From Azolla caroliniana (Eukaryota; Plantae; Polypodiophyta), in the NCBI GenBank assembly GCA_043228905.1, contig JBHGNT010000004.1, positions 5,518,001 through 5,582,000 of the forward strand: 64,000 nucleotides of DNA. Reading direction: 5' to 3'. A model generated the notes under the pieces. It was not told the origin of the DNA. It made no database searches and worked only from the letters and a program-made list of their open reading frames with translations. Positions 37,195 through 48,686 of the stretch are shown here, in pieces. Numbering within the stretch: position 1 is the stretch's first letter; every line of letters starts with the position of its first letter. Both the position numbers and the translations under genes were made by a program.

Positions 37195-38249
37195 AGTCTA
37201 AAGGGTTTGATTCTATTGCTCGTAAGGCCAATGGCAGTGTGGATACTGTTGATGTTGCGGCATGTTTAAAGGGCCCCATCTTGAAAGTAGATGTAGCAAC
37301 TGACACAAGTGATCTGGTCACACAAGTTGATCAAGCATGTAGCACGGATGACTTGGTGTTGCAGGTAGATGCAGCATGTAGCACGGATGACTTGGTGTTG
37401 CAGGTAGATGCAGCATGTAGCACGGATGACTTGGTGTTGCAGGTAGATGCAGCATGTGATACCAGTGGATTGATATCGAGCAGAACAGTAGCTACATGCA
37501 CTGAGGTAATCCAAGGATTGATAACTAAGTCGACAAAACAAGAGCACCAGAATGTGAAGCTAGGCCCAACACAGTCGACTAGGGGTTTAAAGAGGAAAAG
37601 GACACCAGTTGTGTCAGCCGAACCTGAGCTGATTGAGATTGATCGTATCCTACCAGAAAATGGTGTAACAGCGGCTCAGTTTCAGGAATGGAAACCTAAA
37701 CCACTAGAAGTCGAGCGAAGAGCCTTGATCTTGGAGCTGGATAAAGTCTTGATGAGTGTGAGATATATGCAGCCAAGGAGGGACGCAAATCAGTTTCTAG
37801 AGTGGGCTGCGGAGTACTTCGATTTGTTTATTTGGAGTGAGAAACCAAAATCAGATGTGTGGAAGTGTTTGGCAAGATTCTTCCCAAAATGGCGAAGTCG
37901 TTTTAAAGGTCAATGGGCACGAGAAAATTGTGAGCAGATGGAAGCTGCAAGATTCAAGAGGCTTTCTGATTTTTGGGCTACTTGGCCTGAATATAATGCT
38001 GACAATACATTGATTTTGGATACAGAACATTTCCGACACTACTTCAATATTCGGAGATGCTGTCTCATTCTACCCGAGGAAATGCCTGAACAGTACCTGG
38101 TGCAAACAGTGAGCTGCCAACTAGGTGCATGGTTGTGGACTCCATACCGAGCTCAATATGCGGATAATATATGTAGACTCGTTCCACTGACTAGCAAGAG
38201 CTTAGCTGTTTATAGGAGATTTGTAGACATTTCCAATGGTAATTTATAA
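37195..38249 (+). CDS. FCP1/NIF-like HAD phosphatase-homology exon, probably catalytically altered
   Basis: ALILELDKVL (at the DxDxT position), QFLEWAAEYFDLFIWS, KRLSDFW..NTLILD. Phase-1 acceptor TTGCAG|AG at 37194. Confidence 0.6.
37334..37457 (+). repeat. 42-bp in-frame coding tandem repeat x3
   Basis: Encodes ACSTDDLVLQVDAA three times. Confidence 0.9.
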
Positions 38250-38419
38250 ATATGTAAAGAGATGACATTATTCAATGAAGAATTTAATTACTTGTTCCCA
38301 CTGTACTTATCTACTATGTAATTTGAGGAATATGTTGCAGATTGTTGATTTCATTCTATTGATGACTATTTAGCTATTGACAGCTAATTAGCTACATTTG
38401 TACAACTAATTAGCTGCAT

Positions 38420-38930
38420 TTGTACAGCTAATTAGCTGCATTTGTACAGCTAATTAGCTACTGATGACTATTTTGCTATAACTTATAACTTAAAACTTAA
38501 CAAAAAAGACATGATTTTATTGAGAAAGAAGCACAGAAAGCAGACTGTATACAAGAAATTGATTCCAAACGAATTTATTGATCTGTTTTCGCGAAATACA
38601 TGTTTGTTTTACAAGAGAACATGGTAAGTGCTACTTGTAGCTACAAATTCCATGGCATACTATTGTAAATACATTTGTACAGCTAATTAGCTGCATTTGT
38701 ACAGCTAATTAGCTACTGATGACTATTTCGCTATAACTTATAACTTAAAACTTAACAAAAAAGACATGATTTTATTGAGAAAGAAGCACAGAAAGCAGAC
38801 TGTATACAAGAAATTGATTCCAAACGAATTTATTGATCTGTTTTCGCGAAATACATGTTTGTTTTACAAGAGAACATGGTAAGTGCTACTTGTAGCTACA
38901 AATTCCATGGCATACTATTGTAAATACATT
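38420..38930. repeat. ~255-bp tandem duplication covering the transposase 3' end
   Basis: CTACTTGTAGCTACAAATTCCATGGCATACTATTGTAAATACATT at 38631 and 38886. Confidence 0.9.
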
Positions 38931-41900
38931 CATACACATTAGCACCAACAGTGTATAAACCGGAGCAGCTATTGTATTCTGACATTGGGACGTTGATGCA
39001 TCTGACCAAATGAGAGTACATATACGCTGCTGGTTTGTCTTCTAACAGCCTGTACACATATTCGTAGTCATCTAGTTTTGCATAAAAAATGCCTTCGATG
39101 TAGAATGTCCCGGCAGATACAAAATTTCCCCATGCATCTACAATATTCTGCCTTGCACACTGTTTACTAACCGTGCACTTTAATATATAGAAATCAGCAC
39201 CCTCTGAATTGCCTTCTTCAGCATTTACAGCGAAGTTATCCCCAACGTTCAGGACATCACTCAAAGTATCTCCAAGTCCCTCATATGTGAAGTCAGCATT
39301 CTGCCCTGTTTCTCCATCAACTGCTTCCTTATCATTCAGAGTGTGATACTCACAATTCTGAATGTATGCTTTGTTTAGACAATATCTCCAATTTCCCTGC
39401 ACACAATGGAAGCAAAAACAAGTCAATTCTCTAACCGCAATACAATGACCATCCAACCTGGAATAACCGCGAACAGCATGCAGAGGTCGCAATTCGGGAA
39501 TTCCTTGGCACTCCCAGGTCTTCTCCCTATTTACTTCATCTATCTTCACTTCCCAAAATTCACGTTTGATATCTCGAACTTGCGAGGAATAAACACCTGT
39601 GGCACTCGTCGACATATTTGTTCTTAAAAATTCAACTACATGTGATGCACAATTCATGTGCCACCATCTGTCTTTAGTTGTTCATGGGTAAGTGCCCGCT
39701 TTATAACAGCCCCTGCACCATCATGTTCACCTTTACCATGGCCAGACCCAAAAAAATTCCATCTCATCTCCAAACCTGTTATAGCAGGATACCTCCCCAC
39801 AAAATAAAATGGACGTCGAGCCTTGAATTGTGACGCAGCTCCGTCAGACCAGACCCAATGTTGAGTAAGCTCCAAACGTTGAGCTAATAACCACTGCCAA
39901 TGTAACTTAAAAGAGTGTTGGACGAACAAGGTATCATGCTTCTTATCATCGGAAATAAAGAAATGAATTACTTTTTTAACATCACCTGAAACTCGAAAAT
40001 ATGTTATGTGCACAAAAATGGTTACCTGAACTGAACACCAATGCATAGATTGAATTTCATTCTGCTGCTTGAAAGTATAATTCTCTGCGAAATCTACTAC
40101 TGAGACTACTACATCATTTGGGAAATCAGATATGCAAGTCTTAAATTGATGGGCCTGCCATGAATAAATGAAGTTGTGTTTAATGAACTTTCCTAGAGAT
40201 ACTACAAACAGAGACACCAAATCCCTTGGTTTAAGCATCTTCCGAACTAGATCCTTTCTTTTACACACCTTTCCTTCGAAATTGGTGTTCACTGACTCAA
40301 ATAACTTCACAGAGATCAATATTTCACTACTCAATTCATTTGGACACCACCTAAATCTAGTAGGGCCACAATCTTGACATAAACCCATGACACATTTATG
40401 AATATGGAAGATAGCGTCAGATTCTCTCGGACACAATATTGAATCTAATAAATAACTCATGGAAGAGATAACGTGCTCAGATGATTTACACTCCTCTTGC
40501 GGGCTTGATCGACAGATTTGGCACCCACATGTGCAAACTGTATTAGTTAGGGATGCGCTATGGTGACGTAGTAGATTAACAGAGTCCTTCAGAAAACCCA
40601 TCTGTACATGGTAAATGCAACAACATGTGTATCGATCCTTTAAGCGTCTCACAAAGTGTGGCTTAAGAGACTCGAATGTTCGTAGTTGAACTTTGATAGT
40701 TGGATGCATTCGTTTGAACCTAATAAATAAATCGACCTGCGTAATAAAGGGGAATTAGTTATTCTCGTAACTAGCTAACTATCCTAGTAGCTAATTAGCT
40801 ATTCTAGTAGCTAGTTAGCTATTCTAGTAGCTAGTTAGCTATTCTAGTAGCTAGTTAGCTATTCTAGTAGCTAATTAGCTATCATGGTAGCTAATTAGTT
40901 GTCCTAGTAGCTAATTAGCTATCATGGTAGCTAATTAGCTGTCGTAGTAGCTAATTAGCTATCATGGTAGCTAATTAGCTGTCCTAGTAGCTAATTGGTT
41001 GTCCTAGTAGCTAATTAGCTATCATGGTAGCTAATTAGCTATTCTAGTAGCTAATTAGCTATCATGGTAGCTAATTAGCTGTCGTAGTAGCTAATTAGCT
41101 ATCATGGTAGCTAATTAGCTGACATAGTAGCTAATTAGCTATCATGGTAGCTAATTAGCTATTCTAGTAGCTAATTAGCTATCATGGTAGCTAATTAGCT
41201 GTCGTAGTAGCTAATTAGCTATCGTGGTAGCTAATTAGCTGTCCTAGTAGCTAATTAGTTGTCCTAGTAGCTAATTAGCTATCATGGTGGCTAATTAGCT
41301 TGTCTACTAGCTAATTAGCTATCATGGTGGCTAATTAGCTTTCCTAGTAACTAATTAGCTATCATGGTAGCTAATTAGCTGGTCTAGTAGCTAATTAGCT
41401 ATCGTGGTAGCTAATTAGCTAGTCTAGTAGCTAATTAGCTATAATGGTGGCTGATTAGCTTTCCTAGTAGCTAATTAGCTATCATGGTAGCTAATTAGCT
41501 GGTATAGTAGCTAATTAGCTATCATGGTAGCTAATTAGCTATCACGGTGGCTAATTAGCTGTCCTAGTAACTAATTAGCTATCATGGTAGCTAATTAGCT
41601 GGTCTAGTAGCTAATTAGCTATAATGGTGGCTAATTAGCTATCCTAACTAATTAGCTATCATGGTAGTAGCTATTGAGAGTAGCCAGTTACCTATGTAGT
41701 AGCTATCATAGTAGCTAATTAGCTATCATGGTAGCTAATTAGCTTTCCTAGTAGCTAATTAGCTGGTAATAACGAAATAGCTAACTAGCTACCATGATAG
41801 CTAACTAGCTAGCAGTACAGCTAATTATCTGGTAGTACCTAAATTAGCTATTGAGAATAGCTAATTAGCTATCATGGTAGTAACTATTGAGAGTAGCTAG

Positions 41901-42782
41901 TTACCTATGTAGTAGCGATCCTAGTAGCTAACTGAGGTAAATGTAACTGATAAGCTAATTAGCTTTTCTGCTAACTGAGCTAATTAACTTTCCGAGTAGA
42001 GTCAAAACAAATGTTGAGATAAATGTAAATACCTGAGGTACATCAAGAAGATGAATGGGATGCTCCTCGTATTGATTTCTTCCAACACGTTTCCTGCATA
42101 AATCCTTTTTATTGGGTGAAACCCTACTCTCATTAGTCCAAAACATTGTGATTACATCCTTGATTTCAAATGTTATGGGTGTCATTGGCTTACATCTTGT
42201 AGTTAGCTTTAGTAGACTAGTTCCTTCACCCGAGGAAATTATACGGTTCATTGTATTGTACACTGTTTTTCTACTAACACCAATTACCTTAGATAGCTCA
42301 CAGATGTTTATATCGTCAACATCACTATTAAGTAACATCATTAGACTAGACCTTTTTAAGACAAGATCATCTTCTGACCTGCTCATGGATACGAAACTAT
42401 TACGAAGATTATTTACTAAAATAGATGATATGTTTGCATTAAGACCATCACAATCAACTAAGTCCTTTATCGATGGATCATTACATATTCCATAAAGTAC
42501 TACCTTCTTTTCTTCATTGCTGATGTGCTTGGTTTGAACATTGAAATAGTCTACAACCTTTCTCTCTATGATGGTAGTCGCATTACTTACATTCTCATCT
42601 AAACTATCCTTACCTTTACTGAGTGTGGCTTTCGTATCCTTCAACAATTGACGATGTTTCCTTTTTTTTTCTGCCCAATAGTTTCGTATGGCTTGTTGTG
42701 TCCTGATAACATCATCCCTATCCTTATGATCATTGAGGGGTAATTCTAAACACCCTTCTTCCCCTTCCATTTGGCTAGACAT
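38896..42782 (-). pseudogene. Sola2-type DDD transposase, 2 exons, one frameshift near 39655
   Basis: Exon 42782-42033 splices in frame to 40736 (PQ|VDLFIRFKRMHP). Motifs DFAENY..QNEIQSMHW..QVT, SDDKKHD, WSDGAASQFK, FFGSGHGKGEHDGAG. Cys-rich regions either side. Confidence 0.85.
40765..41965. repeat. 20-bp tandem array (GTAGCTAATTAGCT core) filling the transposase intron
   Basis: Regular 20-bp period visible from 40781 to 41640. Confidence 0.97.
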
Positions 42783-43094
42783 GTTAAAACCCTAAATTTC
42801 CAGAAAAAAAAACAAGTATTAAAGATGGCTATGGGCAACAACAATACACAAAAATATTCCACACAATACACAAGATAATCAATAGACAGAAAAGTTATTG
42901 CAATCCAAGACCGAACAGTAGAGGATTTCACTCTGTTGGATCCAACAGTTGAGGAGGCGATCCAAGACCGACCAATGGCAACAACTGAGTGTAGAATGTT
43001 GCCGTTGGATGAGTGAACTCCGTCAAATCGAAATGTGGAAGCAATCCGGGACTGGACAGTAGTGGCAACTGAGTATAGAATGATGGCAATGGAG

Positions 43095-43992
43095 GAGAGA
43101 ACCCCGTCAGATTGAACAGTTACCGATGATGCTTGAAACGCACATAGAAGGCACTTGAGAATAGAGTGGCATAGAGAAGAGAACCCCGTCAGATTGAACA
43201 GTTACCAATGATGCTTGAAACGCACAGTAGCGGCCCCTGAGTGAGAGTGGAAAAGAGAAGAGAACCCCGTCAGATTGAACAGTTACCAATGATGCTTGAA
43301 ACGCACAGTAGCGGCCCCTGAGTGAGAGTGGAAAAGAGAAGAGAACCCCGTCAGATTGAACAGTTACCAATGATGCTTGAAACGCACAGTAGCGGCCCCT
43401 GAGTGAGAGTGGAAAAGAGAAGAGAACCCCGTCAGATTGAACAGTTACCAATGATGCTTGAAACGCACAGTAGCGGCCCCTGAGTGAGAGTGGAAAAGAG
43501 AAGAGAACCCCGTCAGATTGAATAGCTCTTCGATTATGCTTGGAACGCACAGTAGCAACCCCTGAGTGTAGAGTGGCAAAGAGAAGAGAACCCCGTCAGA
43601 TTGAACAACTCTTTGATGATGCTTGGAACGCACAGCAGCGGCCCCTGAGTGTAGAGTGGCACAGAGAAGAGAACCCCCTCAGATTGAACAGCTCTTTGAT
43701 GATGCTTGGAACGCACAGTAATGGCCCCTGAGTGTAGAGTGGCACAGAGAAGAGAACCCCCTCAGATTGAACAGCTCTTTGATGATGCTTGGAACGCACA
43801 GTAATGGCCCCTGAGTGTAGAGTGGCACAGAGAAGAGAACCCCGTCAGATTGAACAGCTCTTTGATGATGCTTGGAATGCACAATAGTGGCCCCTGAGTG
43901 TAGAGTGTCACAGAGAAGAGAACCCCGTCAGATTGAGCAGCTCTTTGATGATGCTTGGAACGCACAGTAGCAGCCCCTCAGTGTAGAGTGGC
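43095..43992. repeat. 82/83-bp minisatellite, about 11 copies, upstream of the transposase
   Basis: GAGAAGAGAACCCCGTCAGATTGAACAG...GGCCCCTGAGTG repeated in two sub-variants. Confidence 0.95.
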
Positions 43993-46900
43993 GGCAGGTG
44001 GACTCGATAGGGTTTAGCAACAGTGGTAGCAACTAACCCACAGTACTCAACTAGAGATGGCCTACGTGATGTGGCAAAGGATCATGCATAATGGACCTAG
44101 GAATTCGATATATAATTTATGGTACACATTTATGGTGCACACATCAATTTATGTTGCACATTTATGGCACTCATTTACATATGTAATTAAAACACTCTAG
44201 TATTTTCAATGGTAGTTTTTTGCATACTTAATTTATTAATGATGGCTTTTTACTAAAATGACTATTTATCAATGGTAGCTTTTTGCATAGCTAATTAGCT
44301 ATGTCAAGGACATAGCTAATTGTTTCCACTCGCATGCTTTCACCCCTAATACATTCGGATGTATGGGGACCGGCACAGAACGTTAGTCTTGGCGGGAGTC
44401 GGTATTTCGTCTGCTTCATTGACGACTACAATCGGCACACATGGATCTACCTCATTGAGAGGAATGTTTTTGAAACCTTCAAAGCTTAGTTGAACGGGAA
44501 ACGGAGAGGAAGATCAAATGCCTACAATCGGATGGCGGAAAAGAATACTTTTCCGGCCAATTCAACAGTTATCTCCAGCAGAACGGAATTCGGAGAGAAT
44601 TCAGCTGCAAATACACACCAGAGCAAAACGGTGTGGCTGAAAGGAAGAACCGGTCGATTGTCGACGTGGCAAGGGCAATGCTCGAGGAGAAAAGAATGCC
44701 CCAATTCTACTTGGATGAGGCGGTCTGGACGATCTTCTACATCCAAAACCAGATTGGAGACAAGGTGTGAGCACATGAGCTATATTTCAAGCAGAAACCG
44801 AATTTGAGACACCTTCAGATATTAGGCAGCAGGCATATGTGCATGTACCGGATGAGACGTGGAAGAAGCTAGATCCGAAGTCGAAGAAATGCATCCTAGT
44901 CGGTTACTCTCATGAGTAGAAGGGGTATAAATGATATAACCCCCGGACTAAACAGGTACGAGTAAGTCGAGATGTCGAGTTTGATGAGTCCGCATCATGG
45001 TACACCCTATCGAATCCAACTCCCGGCGAAGACTTGATTCCGGAAGATGAGGCTAGTGAGCCCGAGGAGGTCCAAGAAGAAGGTGAAGACTTCGGCACTC
45101 TAGAAGAAAGTCCGATCTCATTCCAGCTAAGTGGACCGAATGAGCGGCTGAGTCGGGATGACCAGTCGGATGAAGAACCGGCGAGTAGTGGAGACTCTGT
45201 CGTGTTCTCCTCGTGCAAGGAACCGAGGAGATGGTTCACACACAAAGAGAAGGGGAAGAAGAAGATGTTGGAATACGATACCAGCAGTGAAGGGTCGGAT
45301 CTGAGCGGATCTGACCCCGGAAAGGAAGAAGGAAGATCTTCAGAAAGGAAGTCTGAACCAGCCAGGAAGGGCCTCAAACCAGCTAACGAAAAGTTACATC
45401 GCTCAATCCGCCAGAAGAACCCCGTCCAGAGGTACAGATACAATGAGTACATGGCGCATCACTATGCGTACATGACTAAGGTGGTGGAGGTGCGTGAGCC
45501 GGAGAGCTACACAAAAGCGACAAAGGACGCTAATTGGTGTGCCGCTATGGAGGAAGAATTGCGGGCACCCGATGCCAACGACACATGGGACCTGGTTTAC
45601 CCACCCCGACAGTGCAAACCGATCGGTTGCAAGTGGGTGTACAAGGTAAAGTACAACGCCGACGGTTCGGTCAATCGGTACAAAGCCCAGTTAGTGGAGA
45701 AGGGATACGCACAGACCCACGGAATTGACTACGACGAGACCTTCGCTCCGGTAGTGAAGATGATGATGGTTCGGGTGGTACTAGCGGTTGTTGCGGCAAG
45801 GGGATGGCATTTTCACCAGATGGATGTGAAGAATGCATTTCTTCAAGGTGAACTTGAAGAAAGGGTCTATACAATCCAACCCCCCGGATTCCAATCGGAG
45901 ATGAACAAGTCGGCAGTGTGCCGACTCAAGAAGTCGCATTACAGTCTGAAGCAAGCCCCCCAAGCTTGGAATGCGAAGATCACGCACCGGTTGCGTAAGA
46001 TGGGGTTTGCGACCTCAAAGTCCGACTCTTCATTATTCATCAGAATGGTCCGGACGGTCCGGTTTGCATTTTGCTTTATGTAGATGATTTAGTTATCACC
46101 GGACCCGGACTCATTGAAATCGGTCGAGTGAAGTCCCAGCTGTCAGACGCATTTGAAATGAAGGACCTGGGGGACCTTCATTATTTTCTTGGGATCGAGG
46201 TGATCCGAACCCCCGATGGCATATTGCTCTCACAACACCATTATGTGTTGAATATGTTGTACAAGTTCGGCATGACGGAATGCCGACCGATCTCTACACC
46301 CCTGGACCGAAACCTAAAGCTACGTCCTGACTCCGGACCGGCCTGCGATGAGAAACGGTTCTGACAAATTGTTGGAAGCCTCATATACCTGACAATCACT
46401 CAACCCGACATCAGTTACTTGGTCGGAGTGATCAGCCAGTTCATGCAGAACCAGACCATCAAGCACCTTCAGTGCGCACACTGGATACTACAGTATGTTA
46501 GCAGCATGAAGGATCGGGGACTGTTATACCGACACGGTATAGCTGGAAAGCTAGTCGGATATACCGATGCCGATTGGGCTAGTGATGCATCGGATCGCCG
46601 ATCCACCTCCGGTTACATGTTTTCTCTTGGTAGCACGGCTGTTGCGTGAAGCAGCAAAAAGCAACCAACGATGGCTTTGTCGAGCATTGAGGCTAAGTAC
46701 CGGGGCGCTGTCAAGAGCAATACTAAGACATAGAAGTACTGTCAGGAACAGTACTAAAACAAAGAAGGAATTAGTACTAAAAGATGAAGATCGGTACTAA
46801 GAGAGGTGTAGAACTCTCGAGAGAAGGAGAGAGTGAGTAAGATAGAGAATGAGGATAACAAAAGATATATATTTTGTTACAGGAATATACAATAGTAGCT

Positions 46901-48646
46901 AGGAGACTTAAGACTGGCATTCAACCGATTTGGTTCAAAATAATGCCTTGTGCCTCCTTTTATAGTGTTCTCAGGAGTACTCTTGAAGTTTCTAGAATGT
47001 TCTATAGAAATCTGGAATATACATCAATTTTCTATAGTAAAACCTAAATGAAAATAATATTCTTCGTATTACAACATATAGTCTAATGGTCAAGAGCAAA
47101 TAATATCCTTCGTATTACAACATATAGTCTAATGATCAAGACCTCGACCCATGTAACATAAGGTCATGGGTTCGAGTCTTGCCATATCATGACACTATCC
47201 CCCCTTAAAACGACGAGTGTCACGAGTCGTTTTGGATTGAGGACCCGGTTTGTCTGGATATTGACGATGGAAGTCTTCAAGAAGAGCACGAGCATTGGTC
47301 ACATTCTCTATTGGATCCCAAGTATGCTCGCGGGGACTATATCCTAGCCAATCGATTGAATAGTAGAGCTTGTTGCGAACAATCTTGGAATCGAAGATGA
47401 AGGCAACCTCGTACTCAAGTCCATCTTCAAGCTCGATCGGGGGTGGAGATTGTTTAATACGACCTGGGATGGTGTTGCCTTGTTAGGGTTCGAGGAGAGA
47501 ACTATGAAACACCGGATGTATCCGAAGTTGTGAAGGTAGATTGAGACTAAAAGCGACATCATTAATTTTTCCGATAATACAGAAAGGACCTAATCACCGG
47601 TAATCCAACTTCTCGCATGGGCGAGTAGCCTTGATGTGTCATCGTAGTAGCCACACCCGATCTCCAATGTCAAAACTAGATGGAAGCCGATGATGATCTG
47701 CGTAAACCTTGTGTGTTTGTTGAGCTTGTTGTAGATGAGTAGATAAATCTACTTGTATCTTACGTAGCCACTCCAAACGATCCTCTACACAAGGATTTGT
47801 GGGTAACTCTGCGGTTTCAAATACACACCACTAGGGGTGACAGCCCGTTGTCGTGAAGAAAACCGTCCATAGGCGGAATCGGCGCACCAAGGCGTGGGAA
47901 CCGGTTCTTCACGCGCGCACGCTCCAAGTTGTACATAGAAGCGAATTAGGAGGATAATCGGCAGGAACGGGCCCTAACACAAGTGGAGACAAAGACCGCG
48001 CGAACAGTCTTTTCGGTCGCGCGCGCGAGCTAAGGAACTGTACGAGTCGGCGGCGTAACTACGCGGATGCGTGAAGAACGGAGCGGATCCCTGTCAAAAA
48101 GGGACAGGGAATAAAGCTGACAGGACGGCCTACTCGTCGGCCTATATAAGGAGCAGGAAAGAGCTGTTGCAGGCATCTCGCGCAGAGAGGACGAAGTGCT
48201 GCCGGACCGTTTCTGGACGCTTCTCTCTCTGTTTCCTTCCTTCTTGAGCTCCATAGCTTTTCTGTGCAGGGTTCCGAGGAGGCTCGCGCTGTTTCGAGGA
48301 ACGCTCGAGTGCTTCCGGCAGCACCTCCGACCTGCTACCCCCTTTGTGCGTCGAAGCGAACAAGCATCGGCATCTGTTCGCCGGCCTGTTCGGCTGTAGC
48401 CAACCTGTGCCCCATCGAGGGTTGTAGTCGTGTTAGCCATTTTTGTTAATATACATATTTAGTCATTCGCATCTGTCTGTGTCGGTGTCTGTCCGCGTTC
48501 TCCGTGCTGAAGGGCCGTGTCCCTGTGTATCCCCGGTCCTGCGTAGCCGGTTCTCTCTCTTTCTCCTCCCTCGCTTGCTCTTTGGTTCGAGACCCCCGCG
48601 GTTCCGCCTCGTTTCCACACGCACTTGCGTAATATCTCGACATCTT

Positions 48647-48664
48647 TGGTGAACCCGACGTGAA
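48647..48664 (+). promoter_or_regulatory. PBS complementary to tRNA-Trp 3' end
   Basis: TGGTGAACCCGACGTGAA complements ...UUCACGUCGGGUUCACCA of plant tRNA-Trp (recalled sequence), 4 nt after the LTR. Confidence 0.85.
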
Positions 48665-48686
48665 GGAGGCGGCAGAAGAGCAGAAG

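Larger units (their letters stand above)
32101..44345. mobile_element. Element J: 12.2-kb Sola2-like DNA transposon with cargo genes
   Basis: 25-bp TIRs GGGT(A/G)AAAGCATGCGAGTGGAAACA (24/25 match). 4-bp TSD CTAA (32097-32100, 44346-44349). GGG...CCC termini. Removal restores the F integrase LDLIHSDVWGPA. Confidence 0.92.
19510..46708 (+). mobile_element. Element F: degenerate Ty1/Copia hosting G, the methyltransferase insert and the Sola2 element
   Basis: 5' LTR 19510-21020 (split by G), PBS at 21021. Colinear coding pieces 21114-22226 (gag, WYVDSGASNHM protease), 31673-32100 (pre-integrase), 44346-46708 (integrase, RT LYVDD, RNase H YTDADW). Cut by D at 46709. Confidence 0.9.

Noticed and set aside
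43107-43965. Repetitive minus-strand ORFs
   Set aside because: Unit lengths of 82/83 bp are not multiples of three, so these are translation artefacts of the minisatellite.
43095-43992. CRISPR-like regular repeats
   Set aside because: Units repeat over their full length with no unique spacers, there are no cas genes, and the context is eukaryotic.
48582-48595. B-box-like GGTTCGAGAC in the H LTR
   Set aside because: No A box at tRNA spacing upstream.
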